Below, one piece after another: positions 8,648-17,008 of a stretch of 25,044 nt of DNA (the first letter of the stretch is position 1; each line of letters begins with the position of its first letter). Location of the stretch: NCBI GenBank assembly GCA_048938445.1, contig JBHLME010000061.1:1-25044 (forward strand), written 5' to 3'. Under the pieces are notes generated by a model. The model searched no databases. It saw only the letters and a program-made list of their open reading frames with translations, and was not told the origin of the DNA. Made by a program: the position numbers and the translations under genes. This DNA is from Promethearchaeota archaeon (GTDB taxonomy: Archaea > Asgardarchaeota > Lokiarchaeia > Sigyniarchaeales > SOKP01).

Positions 8648-9343
8648 ATGAAAATGAGTGAAAAAGAAACATCTAGAACAAAATTGATTATTGGTACAAC
8701 CATTGCGATAATCTTGGTTGAGATTTTTCTAGCTTTATGCTTATTCATACCAGCAGGAACAATTTTCTGGCTTGAACCATAGATATATCTCATTATTTTT
8801 GGAACATTTTTTATGACCGTAGTCATATATTTCAGTAAACATTCCCCTCAAATGCTTAAAAAGAGAACGAACCCTAAATTTACTGAAAAATGGGATAAAA
8901 TTGTCATAGCATTCATATCAATTGGATTTGTTCCAATTTTTTTTACCCCTGGAATAGAGTATAGATTTGGGTTAATAATCATTCTTCCCTTAGTTGAACT
9001 CATTGGATTTATTGTAATGTCTCTTGGTTTCATCATTATATTTTTGACGATGAAAGAAAATGCCTTTTTGTCAAAAGCTGTTGAGATTCAAGAAGGACAT
9101 GAAGTTATCACGACAGGTCCATATGGAATTGTTCGTCATCCAATGTACATGGGGTTCATCCTATACATGTTCGGATATTGTATAGCACTTGGTTCTCTAT
9201 TCTCCCTTATATTTGCGGTGATTGGCATCGTAGGATTAATAGCTAGAACCGTGCTTGAAGATAAAATGCTTCATGAAGAGTTGAGAGGATATACAGAAAA
9301 TGCTCAAAAAACTCGAAAGAAATTAATACCAGGGATATGGTAA
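8648..9343 (+). pseudogene. Isoprenylcysteine carboxyl methyltransferase (ICMT/PEMT) family gene interrupted by an in-frame TAG at 8780-8782
   Basis: C-terminal motifs HEVITTGPYGIVRHPMYMG and RTVLEDKMLHEELRGY. The same frame upstream of the annotated 8813 start reads MKMSEKETSRTKLII...LFIPAGTIFWLEP*IYLIIF; this family typically has ...AGT..W..AWIY. Confidence 0.8.
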
Positions 9344-9475
9344 TTAAGATAAATTTATAAATATAAACAAATCTAAATCCCATTACTTAAAATCATCCAA
9401 TTAAAGAATTTATTATCCAAGATTTTATTAATAAAAATTTATTTATAGTTAATATCAAGTATATTGGGGGTTTAA

Positions 9476-10900
9476 ATGGAACAAAAAAATTTGTCATATA
9501 GTTTCTATGTAATCGCACCTTTCAATTCGAGAATGGTCTTTAACAACTTAAATTTGATAGGTAAATATGAAGATATTAGAAAGTTATTGTATCAAAAGAT
9601 GAATAAAAAGTACCCTGAACAGGTACTCATAGAAAAATTAGGAAAAGTTACTTCTGACTCAGAAACCATTCAACGCTGGTTAGGAGAACTGGAAAATGTC
9701 TCGGATGAAGAGGAAGATATTAGGCTATTTAAAGGAACGGGAGGGAGTGGTGTTACTCAAAAAGATAAGAGCATCATCACGATAATGATTGATCAAGAAT
9801 TTGAATTATCCCTTGATGTATTTGGACATGATATTTTTACTACTCCACCTAAAATTGTTTTGGAAACCATGAGCTTCCATGAATATGGTGTTGGAACTAT
9901 TTATTGTAAGCTTAATATTAATCTTAAACAAGATTTATTACAGATTTCGGAGATTCCACCGAAAAAATTATTAACAAATTTACTTGATATATCAGTAACT
10001 CATCCTCCATTATTAAAAGCTACTCAAACGATTGGTGAAGATGTATATCAAAATTATTTAGAAATTATTGATGAACTTGAATTGGATGAACCAATTATTT
10101 CTTATGAAAATTTATTTACTGATCAAAAATCTTCTATTCCTTTATGGGGTCATATAGTGATTGTAAGAGAGGATATTGATGATACTCAGGAGGAATTAGT
10201 TAACACTTTGCTTGAAAAGTTAATTGATATTAGTCATCCTGATGGATCTATTGATTTTGCTGAAGGAACCAAGGGTTATGTTCATATTGGATGGGGAAAT
10301 AGTTTGTGGACGGGATTAAACGATATAGAATTAAATTATGCAAAAGAGATACTTCGATATTGCGAAGTTGAATGGCGTACACTTCAAGTCTTTAATGAGA
10401 TATTATATAAACGATTAAATCAGTTTGCTTCATATGATAAATTACATAAAAGACTGGTAAAGAAAACGATGCTTTGGATAGATGCATTGCGAATGGAAAT
10501 GGAACTCTATTCCCTTAATAAATCTAATTATTTGCAAAACCTCGCTCCATTTGCACATTTTATTTATAATGAGGCCTTGGAAAGTTGGCGAATTTCTCAA
10601 ATGGAAGATTTTTTTAAAGAAAAATTGGAAGTTTTTGAATATCTGCATCAACAAGGACGAGATACGCTAAATGAAATTAGCGATTCACGAATAAATAACA
10701 TTTTATTCGTTTTTACTTGTTTATCTTTAGTTAGCACTTTTATCGACGGACTCGTGTTTGTTTCAGCAGATCATCTTTCAGAATTTTTTATATTTCGCTT
10801 GTTCTTGTTAGTATTCCCTCCAACGGCATTTATCATACTGATATTAATGTTTTTTGCCAGATTTGGTGCATCAAAAAAGAAAAGACGAAGGAAAAAATAA
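9476..10900 (+). CDS. Hypothetical protein with CorA-like architecture (large soluble domain, long helical stalk, two C-terminal TM helices, polybasic tail)
   Basis: C-terminal ...SDSRINNILFVFTCLSLVSTFIDGLVFV...FRLFLLVFPPTAFIILILMFFARF...KKKRRRKK. No GMN motif. Confidence 0.6.
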   Translation: MEQKNLSYSFYVIAPFNSRMVFNNLNLIGKYEDIRKLLYQKMNKKYPEQVLIEKLGKVTSDSETIQRWLGELENVSDEEEDIRLFKGTGGSGVTQKDKSIITIMIDQEFELSLDVFGHDIFTTPPKIVLETMSFHEYGVGTIYCKLNINLKQDLLQISEIPPKKLLTNLLDISVTHPPLLKATQTIGEDVYQNYLEIIDELELDEPIISYENLFTDQKSSIPLWGHIVIVREDIDDTQEELVNTLLEKLIDISHPDGSIDFAEGTKGYVHIGWGNSLWTGLNDIELNYAKEILRYCEVEWRTLQVFNEILYKRLNQFASYDKLHKRLVKKTMLWIDALRMEMELYSLNKSNYLQNLAPFAHFIYNEALESWRISQMEDFFKEKLEVFEYLHQQGRDTLNEISDSRINNILFVFTCLSLVSTFIDGLVFVSADHLSEFFIFRLFLLVFPPTAFIILILMFFARFGASKKKRRRKK

Positions 10901-10927
10901 AAAAACTATCACTTATTTCTTATTTCA

Positions 10928-10937
10928 TTTTTTTTTT
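10928..10937 (+). terminator. Oligo-T terminator candidate
   Basis: T10 run between convergent genes, 27 bp after the 10900 stop. Confidence 0.4.
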
Positions 10938-10960
10938 ATAATTAGTATCAGTAAGAATAT

Positions 10961-12079
10961 TTATTTTTGCTCAACCTGCTTGAAATGTTTCATTGCTTCT
11001 TCAAACAAGATAATTGCTTTTTCAACGACCTGAAACGATTTTAAAAATTCAGATACGCGGTTTTTAATCAATTCATAACCATTTAAATTAAATAATTTAT
11101 CTTTCTTGGTATTTAATTCTTTTAAGATCTTGCTCAATTTTTTTTTTTGGTTCTCGATATATTGAAATCTTTTGTAAAATTTGAACATGTTAAAATATCC
11201 AATACTAGGTAAAACATACCTTCTCTGACGGATACCTTTAATTTTTTCAACTTGAATATATCCTTCAATTTGTAAGTAGTTTAAACCCTCAGAAATTAAT
11301 CCCGAAGATAAACCTGTCAAATTTTGTAATTCTAATTGAGTAAGTTTTTCACGAATCATCAAATAGGATACGATTGGTTGAAATTTCATCTCTTCGATAA
11401 TAAAAAGCGGGGAGTGAGATATAAAATTAAACATTTCTTGTACTACATGCTCAACACTATCATACATCATTTGAGTATCATTCTCAATATTTTGCTTGAG
11501 TTTATTTAATTCCTCAGCTATGGGTGCGAATTCTTTTCCTGTTTTCCCCGCCATAAATTTATCCAATAAAGACATGTGATAGATGAAATAATCTCTTAAT
11601 TCTAATGCTTTATTTAACAATAACTTTCGAATCTTAACGTCCTTATCATGTGGGATCATGTTTTTTAAACTTGATATCATTTTATTTATTTTCTTAATAG
11701 AATCAATCATCATGGTTATACCGATTTCTTGACTAATTGAAAACATGTCCGCAATATTGTCTACTACCACGTGGTATACAAATTCATTTTTTTTACTTGC
11801 TGTTTTTTCTTTCAAGATGATTTTAGGTTCATATGATAAATATTGATTTAAAAAAATTGATATCGCACCTCTTGAAATCTTTTTTTCGCGGAAAAATCCT
11901 GATAAATCTTGAATCTGCTTTTGAGTAAGACTTGGATGGAGCAAAAAATATCCTAATATATGTGATTCGATTTCAGTTTTTCTTTTACTTTTTCCAGATT
12001 CTATGATGAAATCAATTAATTCTTTTTCATATTTTCTAATTTCTTCTGGATAAATATGTTCTTGACTATTATCAGTCAT
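10961..12079 (-). CDS. Tandem double winged-HTH regulator: fusion of A-type (N-half) and B-type (C-half) GbsR/MarR-like domains (cassette 3)
   Basis: N-half: YEKELIDFIIESGKSKR...YFLLHPSLTQKQIQDLSG...SRGAIS. C-half: SPLF...YLMIREKLTQLELQNLTGLSSGLISEGLN...LNGY. Confidence 0.85.
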   Translation of the reverse strand: MTDNSQEHIYPEEIRKYEKELIDFIIESGKSKRKTEIESHILGYFLLHPSLTQKQIQDLSGFFREKKISRGAISIFLNQYLSYEPKIILKEKTASKKNEFVYHVVVDNIADMFSISQEIGITMMIDSIKKINKMISSLKNMIPHDKDVKIRKLLLNKALELRDYFIYHMSLLDKFMAGKTGKEFAPIAEELNKLKQNIENDTQMMYDSVEHVVQEMFNFISHSPLFIIEEMKFQPIVSYLMIREKLTQLELQNLTGLSSGLISEGLNYLQIEGYIQVEKIKGIRQRRYVLPSIGYFNMFKFYKRFQYIENQKKKLSKILKELNTKKDKLFNLNGYELIKNRVSEFLKSFQVVEKAIILFEEAMKHFKQVEQK

Positions 12080-12105
12080 TTTTTAATAATATATTAGTAG
12101 TTATT

Positions 12106-12221
12106 CTATTTAAATTTTCAGTAATCGTGAATTTTCATCATTTTTGAAAACATTTATATATGTAATTTTATATTATTTTTTTGGGACTTTCATTTTTTGT
12201 GAAAGTTCACATAGAGTGAAT
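12106..12221. promoter_or_regulatory. Divergent promoter of cassette 3 with two tandem pairs of TTCA-N7-TGAA boxes
   Basis: Boxes at 12116-12132, 12133-12149, 12188-12204 and 12205-12221. BRE/TATA AAAACATTTATATAT at 12147-12161 (+). TTTAAATA at 12107-12114 (-). Confidence 0.85.
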
Positions 12222-12244
12222 TATTTAAAATGTGATGTAAAAAA

Positions 12245-13660
12245 ATGATTATAAAACAATCAAAATATGAAACCCAGGATTTCAAGCGGAAAGCATTGCC
12301 TCAAGAGCGTAGACATCTAAAAATTCCCCTGTCTAATATTGTAATAATTGCGAAAATTAAAGGCCAGATTACCGAAGAAATGTTGAGATCTGCCATTCTT
12401 AAAGTAGAAATAAAACATCCAATAATAAAGGTAAAAAGCGTACTAGAACCAGATGGACATCTTTATTTTTCCTCTAAAAATGTACCAGATATACCTATTC
12501 AAATTATTCCAAAAATCTCTGAGGAACAGTGGAAGGAAGTTATCAAAAAGGAACATCAAATCCCCTTTGATTATGAAAAGGGTCCTTTATTGAGAATAAT
12601 ACTTCTTCAAGCTGTTCAGCATTCGGATCTTGTCATTTTTTGTCAACATTCAATCTCAGATGGAATGTCATTAGCATATTTAGCAAGGGATATTGTATCT
12701 TTCATGGCTAAACCAAATCAAGAAATTAAAAGATTAGTTCCAAGAGCATATCCATCTCCAGATTACGTTCCTTCTGATGTATCTGCGGGGATAGCCATGA
12801 AAATTTTTGGAAAGAAGATCAATAAAATGTGGAAATCTCAGAAAGTAGAGTTTGACAAAAAAGATTATATGGAACTTCACAAAGCATTCTGGAATATCCA
12901 CACGTATAAAATACTTGTCAGTCGATTGAATGAAACGCAAACTCTTGATTTAATTAAAAAATGCAGAAAAGAGGACATAACAGTCAACACTGCGATTACA
13001 ACTGCTTTTTTGGCAGCTCAAATAGAGATGCATGACTCACTTCCATCATATTTAGAAAAATTAGCGGTTGCTGTAGATGAACGTGATAGATTAATCAATC
13101 CCGTAGGAGAAGTTGTAGGCTTCAATGCTTCTGGTTTAATGGTCAAACATAAGTATGATACTAATAAAAATTTTTGGGAAAATGCACGCTCTCTTCACAA
13201 AATCATTCAAAAACAATTAAAATCAAGAAAAGATTTACAAGGAATCCTTCAAACAGCAATGATGGACGAATTAATGCTAGAAGCTCGACCATTTGCGGGA
13301 TTTGGATATATGGTTCCTCAAGAATCTCCTAGCTTTGAAAAGATAAACAAGTTCTTGTCTAATTCTAAAAATGTTGTTATAAAAAACATTAAAAAAATCG
13401 CTAAAAAATATGAAAAGATTGTATTTGGCAGCATAATAACAAATTTAGGTCGCACCGATTTTCCAAAAGAATATGCTAATTTGATTTTAGATGAACTATT
13501 ATTTGTAGCAGCAGCATCACCTCAATGCGAGCTGGTCTTGGGTATAATCACTCATGCTGGAAAACTTGATATAGTGATAAATTATTTTGAAGAAATAGTT
13601 AATACAGAGTTAATTGAACAAATAGCGAAAAAGGCGATAGAAAAGTTAAAAATTTTATAA
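12245..13660 (+). CDS. Stand-alone condensation-domain / alcohol acetyltransferase (PapA5-like) CoA-dependent acyltransferase
   Basis: HPII...PFDYEKGPLLR, active-site variant QHSISDG (HHxxxDG), C-terminal ITNLG. Confidence 0.85.
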   Translation: MIIKQSKYETQDFKRKALPQERRHLKIPLSNIVIIAKIKGQITEEMLRSAILKVEIKHPIIKVKSVLEPDGHLYFSSKNVPDIPIQIIPKISEEQWKEVIKKEHQIPFDYEKGPLLRIILLQAVQHSDLVIFCQHSISDGMSLAYLARDIVSFMAKPNQEIKRLVPRAYPSPDYVPSDVSAGIAMKIFGKKINKMWKSQKVEFDKKDYMELHKAFWNIHTYKILVSRLNETQTLDLIKKCRKEDITVNTAITTAFLAAQIEMHDSLPSYLEKLAVAVDERDRLINPVGEVVGFNASGLMVKHKYDTNKNFWENARSLHKIIQKQLKSRKDLQGILQTAMMDELMLEARPFAGFGYMVPQESPSFEKINKFLSNSKNVVIKNIKKIAKKYEKIVFGSIITNLGRTDFPKEYANLILDELLFVAAASPQCELVLGIITHAGKLDIVINYFEEIVNTELIEQIAKKAIEKLKIL

Positions 13661-13665
13661 TCTAA

Positions 13666-13675
13666 TTTTTTTTTT
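13666..13675 (+). terminator. Oligo-T terminator candidate
   Basis: T10 run in the 18-bp gap between convergent genes. Confidence 0.4.
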
Positions 13676-13678
13676 ATC

Positions 13679-14539
13679 TTATAAAAATTTTAAATGAATA
13701 ATTTTAGAAGTCTTCAAACTTCTTGCTACTTTTATCATTCTCTTGGTAGACTTGTTCCAACTTGGATTTAATTCTATTCTTGTCCATAACACGTGCCAAT
13801 CTTTTACCTGAATCCTGTCAGACCAAATAGGAAACAATTTCTCAGGATTTTTTACGCTAAAATACAATGCTTCATCTTTACCCAATTTTTTTGCTATACT
13901 ATTAAATTTTCTCATTGCAACTTTCGATACTACGTCAAATATAATTTCTCCTTCTTGAAAATGCCTGGCCATTGTACTGAATAATTTTTTTAGTTCCTGT
14001 TCTTTAAAATAGTAAACCAAACCACCTACTATAAAAAAAATTCCTTTCTTTTTTTCCCATTTTATCTCTTCATACCAGCTTTCATCAAAAACCGATTTTT
14101 CTATACACTTATTCCGAGGTCCTTCTGGGAGGAATTGTTTCCGAAATTCAATTGCATCTGGTAAATCCAAATCATACCATTTAATTGCCCCATTATCAAC
14201 TCGGGAAAATGTCGTATCCAACCCAGCGCCAATGTTAACAACCGTAGTTTCGGGACGATCTTCCATAAACTTGAGCAATGCAATATCAAAATTTTTCGCT
14301 CTTGCCAAGAGTCCTAATGAACGAAAGATATTAGTGCCATCTTTTCCTGTTAAAAATTCTTTTACATATGAAAAATCATAGTCAAGTTTATCAATGATTT
14401 CAATTGCTTTTTTATCATTCAGCAAGTCAGGATAAAGCTTGCTATAAGTAGCACGAGCCCATAAAGGTCCTAACATTGTCTCTTGAATCGAATCTCTTAG
14501 AATAAACTTATCAGAGGCAATTTTTTGATCTTCAACCAT
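13679..14539 (-). CDS. Class I SAM-dependent methyltransferase, LCM/TcmP-like O-methyltransferase family
   Basis: QETMLGPLWARA, VVNIGAGLDTTFSRVDNG, WYDLDLPD. Confidence 0.9.
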   Translation of the reverse strand: MVEDQKIASDKFILRDSIQETMLGPLWARATYSKLYPDLLNDKKAIEIIDKLDYDFSYVKEFLTGKDGTNIFRSLGLLARAKNFDIALLKFMEDRPETTVVNIGAGLDTTFSRVDNGAIKWYDLDLPDAIEFRKQFLPEGPRNKCIEKSVFDESWYEEIKWEKKKGIFFIVGGLVYYFKEQELKKLFSTMARHFQEGEIIFDVVSKVAMRKFNSIAKKLGKDEALYFSVKNPEKLFPIWSDRIQVKDWHVLWTRIELNPSWNKSTKRMIKVARSLKTSKIIHLKFL

Positions 14540-14600
14540 TTTATCTTTCCATTAATTATTAATAAAACCTATATTAATCATATAGAAAGTTTAATTTAAA

Positions 14601-15791
14601 TCAAATTGGTTTTATTCTGTTTTGAAAAATCAAATATACTATCCCGATGATTAGAATAATTAATGTTAATATCATAAAACCAAATAGAGGGGATATTACT
14701 AACATGAAACCCCCTATGACAGGGCCTAACCAGAAATTCAATCCTATTGCTGTTTCAAAATACGTGGTCCCCCTCATGTTATTCTTTTCCATGTTCTTGA
14801 GAATGCTCATTTTAAAAGGAAAGCAATAAAATATTCCAAAAAGAGCACCTAATAATCCAAACACGATTCCATATATGATAAAGTTGTCTAATAATCCGAA
14901 TATGAAGATATTAATGACCATGAGAACAATAGACATAGGAACCAGCCGTTTTAACGTGCTTATTTTAAAGGTCATACCTGCGGTAATCACTATTGTTTGA
15001 GAAATCATCCTGATAAAGCTTAATAGATATGCCAAGAAATCATCATATCCCAATATATCAAATTTTATTGGAAAGAGAATCCCAAAACATCCGCTTACAA
15101 ATGAAAAAATCGAGGCAATTAGGAGCGGAACAATATAAGGAAACACGTAATTTTCTTTTGAGTTTAATTTTACTTCTTTTTCCATTAGGAGTTCTCCATT
15201 CACGTCAAATGATTTGGGTTCTTCAAATAAAAACGCTGAAATAACCGCAATGATCATGTAAATCAAGGAGATACGAAATACGAGAATGATATCTGTAATA
15301 ACAAATAAAGCAATAGCACTTATTGAATATCCAAAAATTCCACCAATATTCCAGGAAAGTCCCAAGTTTCGACTCAATTTATCTTTCTCCTTTTCATTAT
15401 CACGAATTCCATCATGAGATAGAACCATCGTATAAGCACTTGTGATGATAGGCCAAAATAATCCCAAAGAAATACCATCGTAAAATAATAATAAATATGT
15501 TGGTATCCAATATTCTAGTGAGAATTGGAGCCCAATTTGCACACATAGCATGCCTCCTGTTGCAATTAGTAAACTATTTTTTATCCCTATCTTCTTATAT
15601 GCATTCCTGAACAGGTAAGGTGATAATAAATAGGATAATGCTGTAGCACCGGTCAGAAATCCAATTAAACCATCATTTAATTTGCCGTGATAAAAAAGAG
15701 GAAGAGCCAAAGTGATGCTGAAGGTGCTCGCTACTCTCAAAAATGCTAAGGTAAATAATGGGAATAATCGATATTCTAACTTTTTAGTCAT
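14601..15791 (-). CDS. Major facilitator superfamily transporter
   Basis: 396 aa, about 12 hydrophobic segments in 6+6 arrangement with a central hydrophilic loop; GPVIGG in TM11. Confidence 0.85.
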   Translation of the reverse strand: MTKKLEYRLFPLFTLAFLRVASTFSITLALPLFYHGKLNDGLIGFLTGATALSYLLSPYLFRNAYKKIGIKNSLLIATGGMLCVQIGLQFSLEYWIPTYLLLFYDGISLGLFWPIITSAYTMVLSHDGIRDNEKEKDKLSRNLGLSWNIGGIFGYSISAIALFVITDIILVFRISLIYMIIAVISAFLFEEPKSFDVNGELLMEKEVKLNSKENYVFPYIVPLLIASIFSFVSGCFGILFPIKFDILGYDDFLAYLLSFIRMISQTIVITAGMTFKISTLKRLVPMSIVLMVINIFIFGLLDNFIIYGIVFGLLGALFGIFYCFPFKMSILKNMEKNNMRGTTYFETAIGLNFWLGPVIGGFMLVISPLFGFMILTLIILIIGIVYLIFQNRIKPI

Positions 15792-15972
15792 TATGGCATT
15801 AAAAATCCTTTTTATATAAAAAGGAAAATATAGAAATGGAATTAAAGTTTGTTAATTCTATATTATTACGTCCATATCATTAATCGAATTAAATAAAATT
15901 TTTTAGGTAAATTTGCATTTATTAATAAACTTTCTAATTTGAAAAGTTATACTATAGTTGATTAACTAGAGA

Positions 15973-16263
15973 TTATTGAATAATAAAGTAATCGATAATA
16001 ATTTTAATTAATTTATTGAAAATTGCTTGAAATTTTTCTTTTCCTATATATGCAATCGTTTCTTCATCAAATCCAATAGTAAATATTAACTTTAACAAAC
16101 CCGCTATTATTTCTGGATCTTCACCAATTATATAACCTTGGTCTTGCCATCCTTTAATAAATTCAGGAATATATTCGTAAATATTTATGATTTGATTCAA
16201 TTTCTCATTGCCTTGAAGCTTCCTAATTAGATGCTTTTTAATTTTTTTTATGTTATAATAAAA
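15973..16263 (-). pseudogene. Probable remnant: C-terminal part of a TetR/AcrR-family regulator lacking its HTH
   Basis: Frame is open from 16263 without an ATG (only TTG at 16200). LIRKL...IKGWQDQGYIIGEDPEIIAGLL...IG.E resembles the ligand-binding half of a TetR subfamily. Confidence 0.45.
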
Positions 16264-16304
16264 TTAGTAAATTTTTCTTATTTATTCAATGGTTATAATA
16301 TGAA

Positions 16305-16841
16305 TTAATGAAGTGATTTTTCAATTTCTTGAGCAATAAAATTGCGAACTTCATTTTCGATGGATTTAAATGACCGAAGTTGTTTTTTAATACTTGGAGG
16401 CAGGATGAAGTAATTGATGAATGGAATTAAAAGAATAATCGATTCCTTCCCAAATTTAGTCAAGCCATATTCTACTCTGATAGGGCTCTCAGTTAAGACC
16501 TCACGTGAAACAATACCTCTTTGTTCAAGAAATTTCAATCTATCAGTAAGAGTACGTGAATTAATCCCAGGTAAAGCACTTTTTAGAGTATTAAAATTGC
16601 ATGTCCTAAACATTAAAAGTGAATAAAGAATTTCAATCGTCCATTTTCCCTGTAATAATTTGAATATTTCCTTATATAGATTGGCTTTTATTCTCACTTT
16701 TTCCACATTATTTACGTGATACTTACGATCTCGTTCTAATCCTTTTAATATTGTTTCTTGTACCGAAGGAATTAACTTGATTAGTTCTCGATAGTTATTA
16801 AAGGGAGGTTTTATCTCAATATCTTTCAAATTCATCACCAT
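16305..16841 (-). CDS. HxlR/DUF24-family winged-HTH transcriptional regulator
   Basis: LLQGKWTIEILYSL...FNTLKSALPGINSRTLTDRLKFLE...PIRVEYGLTKFG. Confidence 0.92.
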   Translation of the reverse strand: MVMNLKDIEIKPPFNNYRELIKLIPSVQETILKGLERDRKYHVNNVEKVRIKANLYKEIFKLLQGKWTIEILYSLLMFRTCNFNTLKSALPGINSRTLTDRLKFLEQRGIVSREVLTESPIRVEYGLTKFGKESIILLIPFINYFILPPSIKKQLRSFKSIENEVRNFIAQEIEKSLH

Positions 16842-16854
16842 TCAAAGAACATAT

Positions 16855-16957
16855 GTGTAAAAAATCTTACTTACTGAAAGAAATTTCTCTTTCTACTTTA
16901 AATGTAAGTAATAATTAATTAATTTTAACTATAAGTGTAAAAAGTTTACTTAGTTAA
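16855..16957. promoter_or_regulatory. Candidate HxlR operator region between hxlR-like gene and aor
   Basis: Inverted repeat TACTT-N7-AAGTA at 16894-16910. Imperfect direct repeat GTGTAAAAA..TTACTTA at 16855-16873 and 16935-16952. TTAACTA/TAGTTAA arms at 16925-16957. Confidence 0.5.
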
Positions 16958-17008
16958 TAAATTACACGATCATGAAATCTAATAAATGTTATTATAAGGA
17001 GTGATGAA

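Noticed and set aside
8780-8782. TAG as pyrrolysine or genetic-code reassignment
   Set aside because: TAG ends an intact gene in this window (19703), the position corresponds to Trp, and no pyl machinery is visible.
8581-8826. 81-aa minus-strand ORF
   Set aside because: Antisense to the true 5' part of the ICMT-family gene (8648-8812).
10874-10900. KKKRRRKK as a nuclear localisation signal
   Set aside because: It directly follows a TM helix, so the positive-inside rule and A-rich codons explain it.
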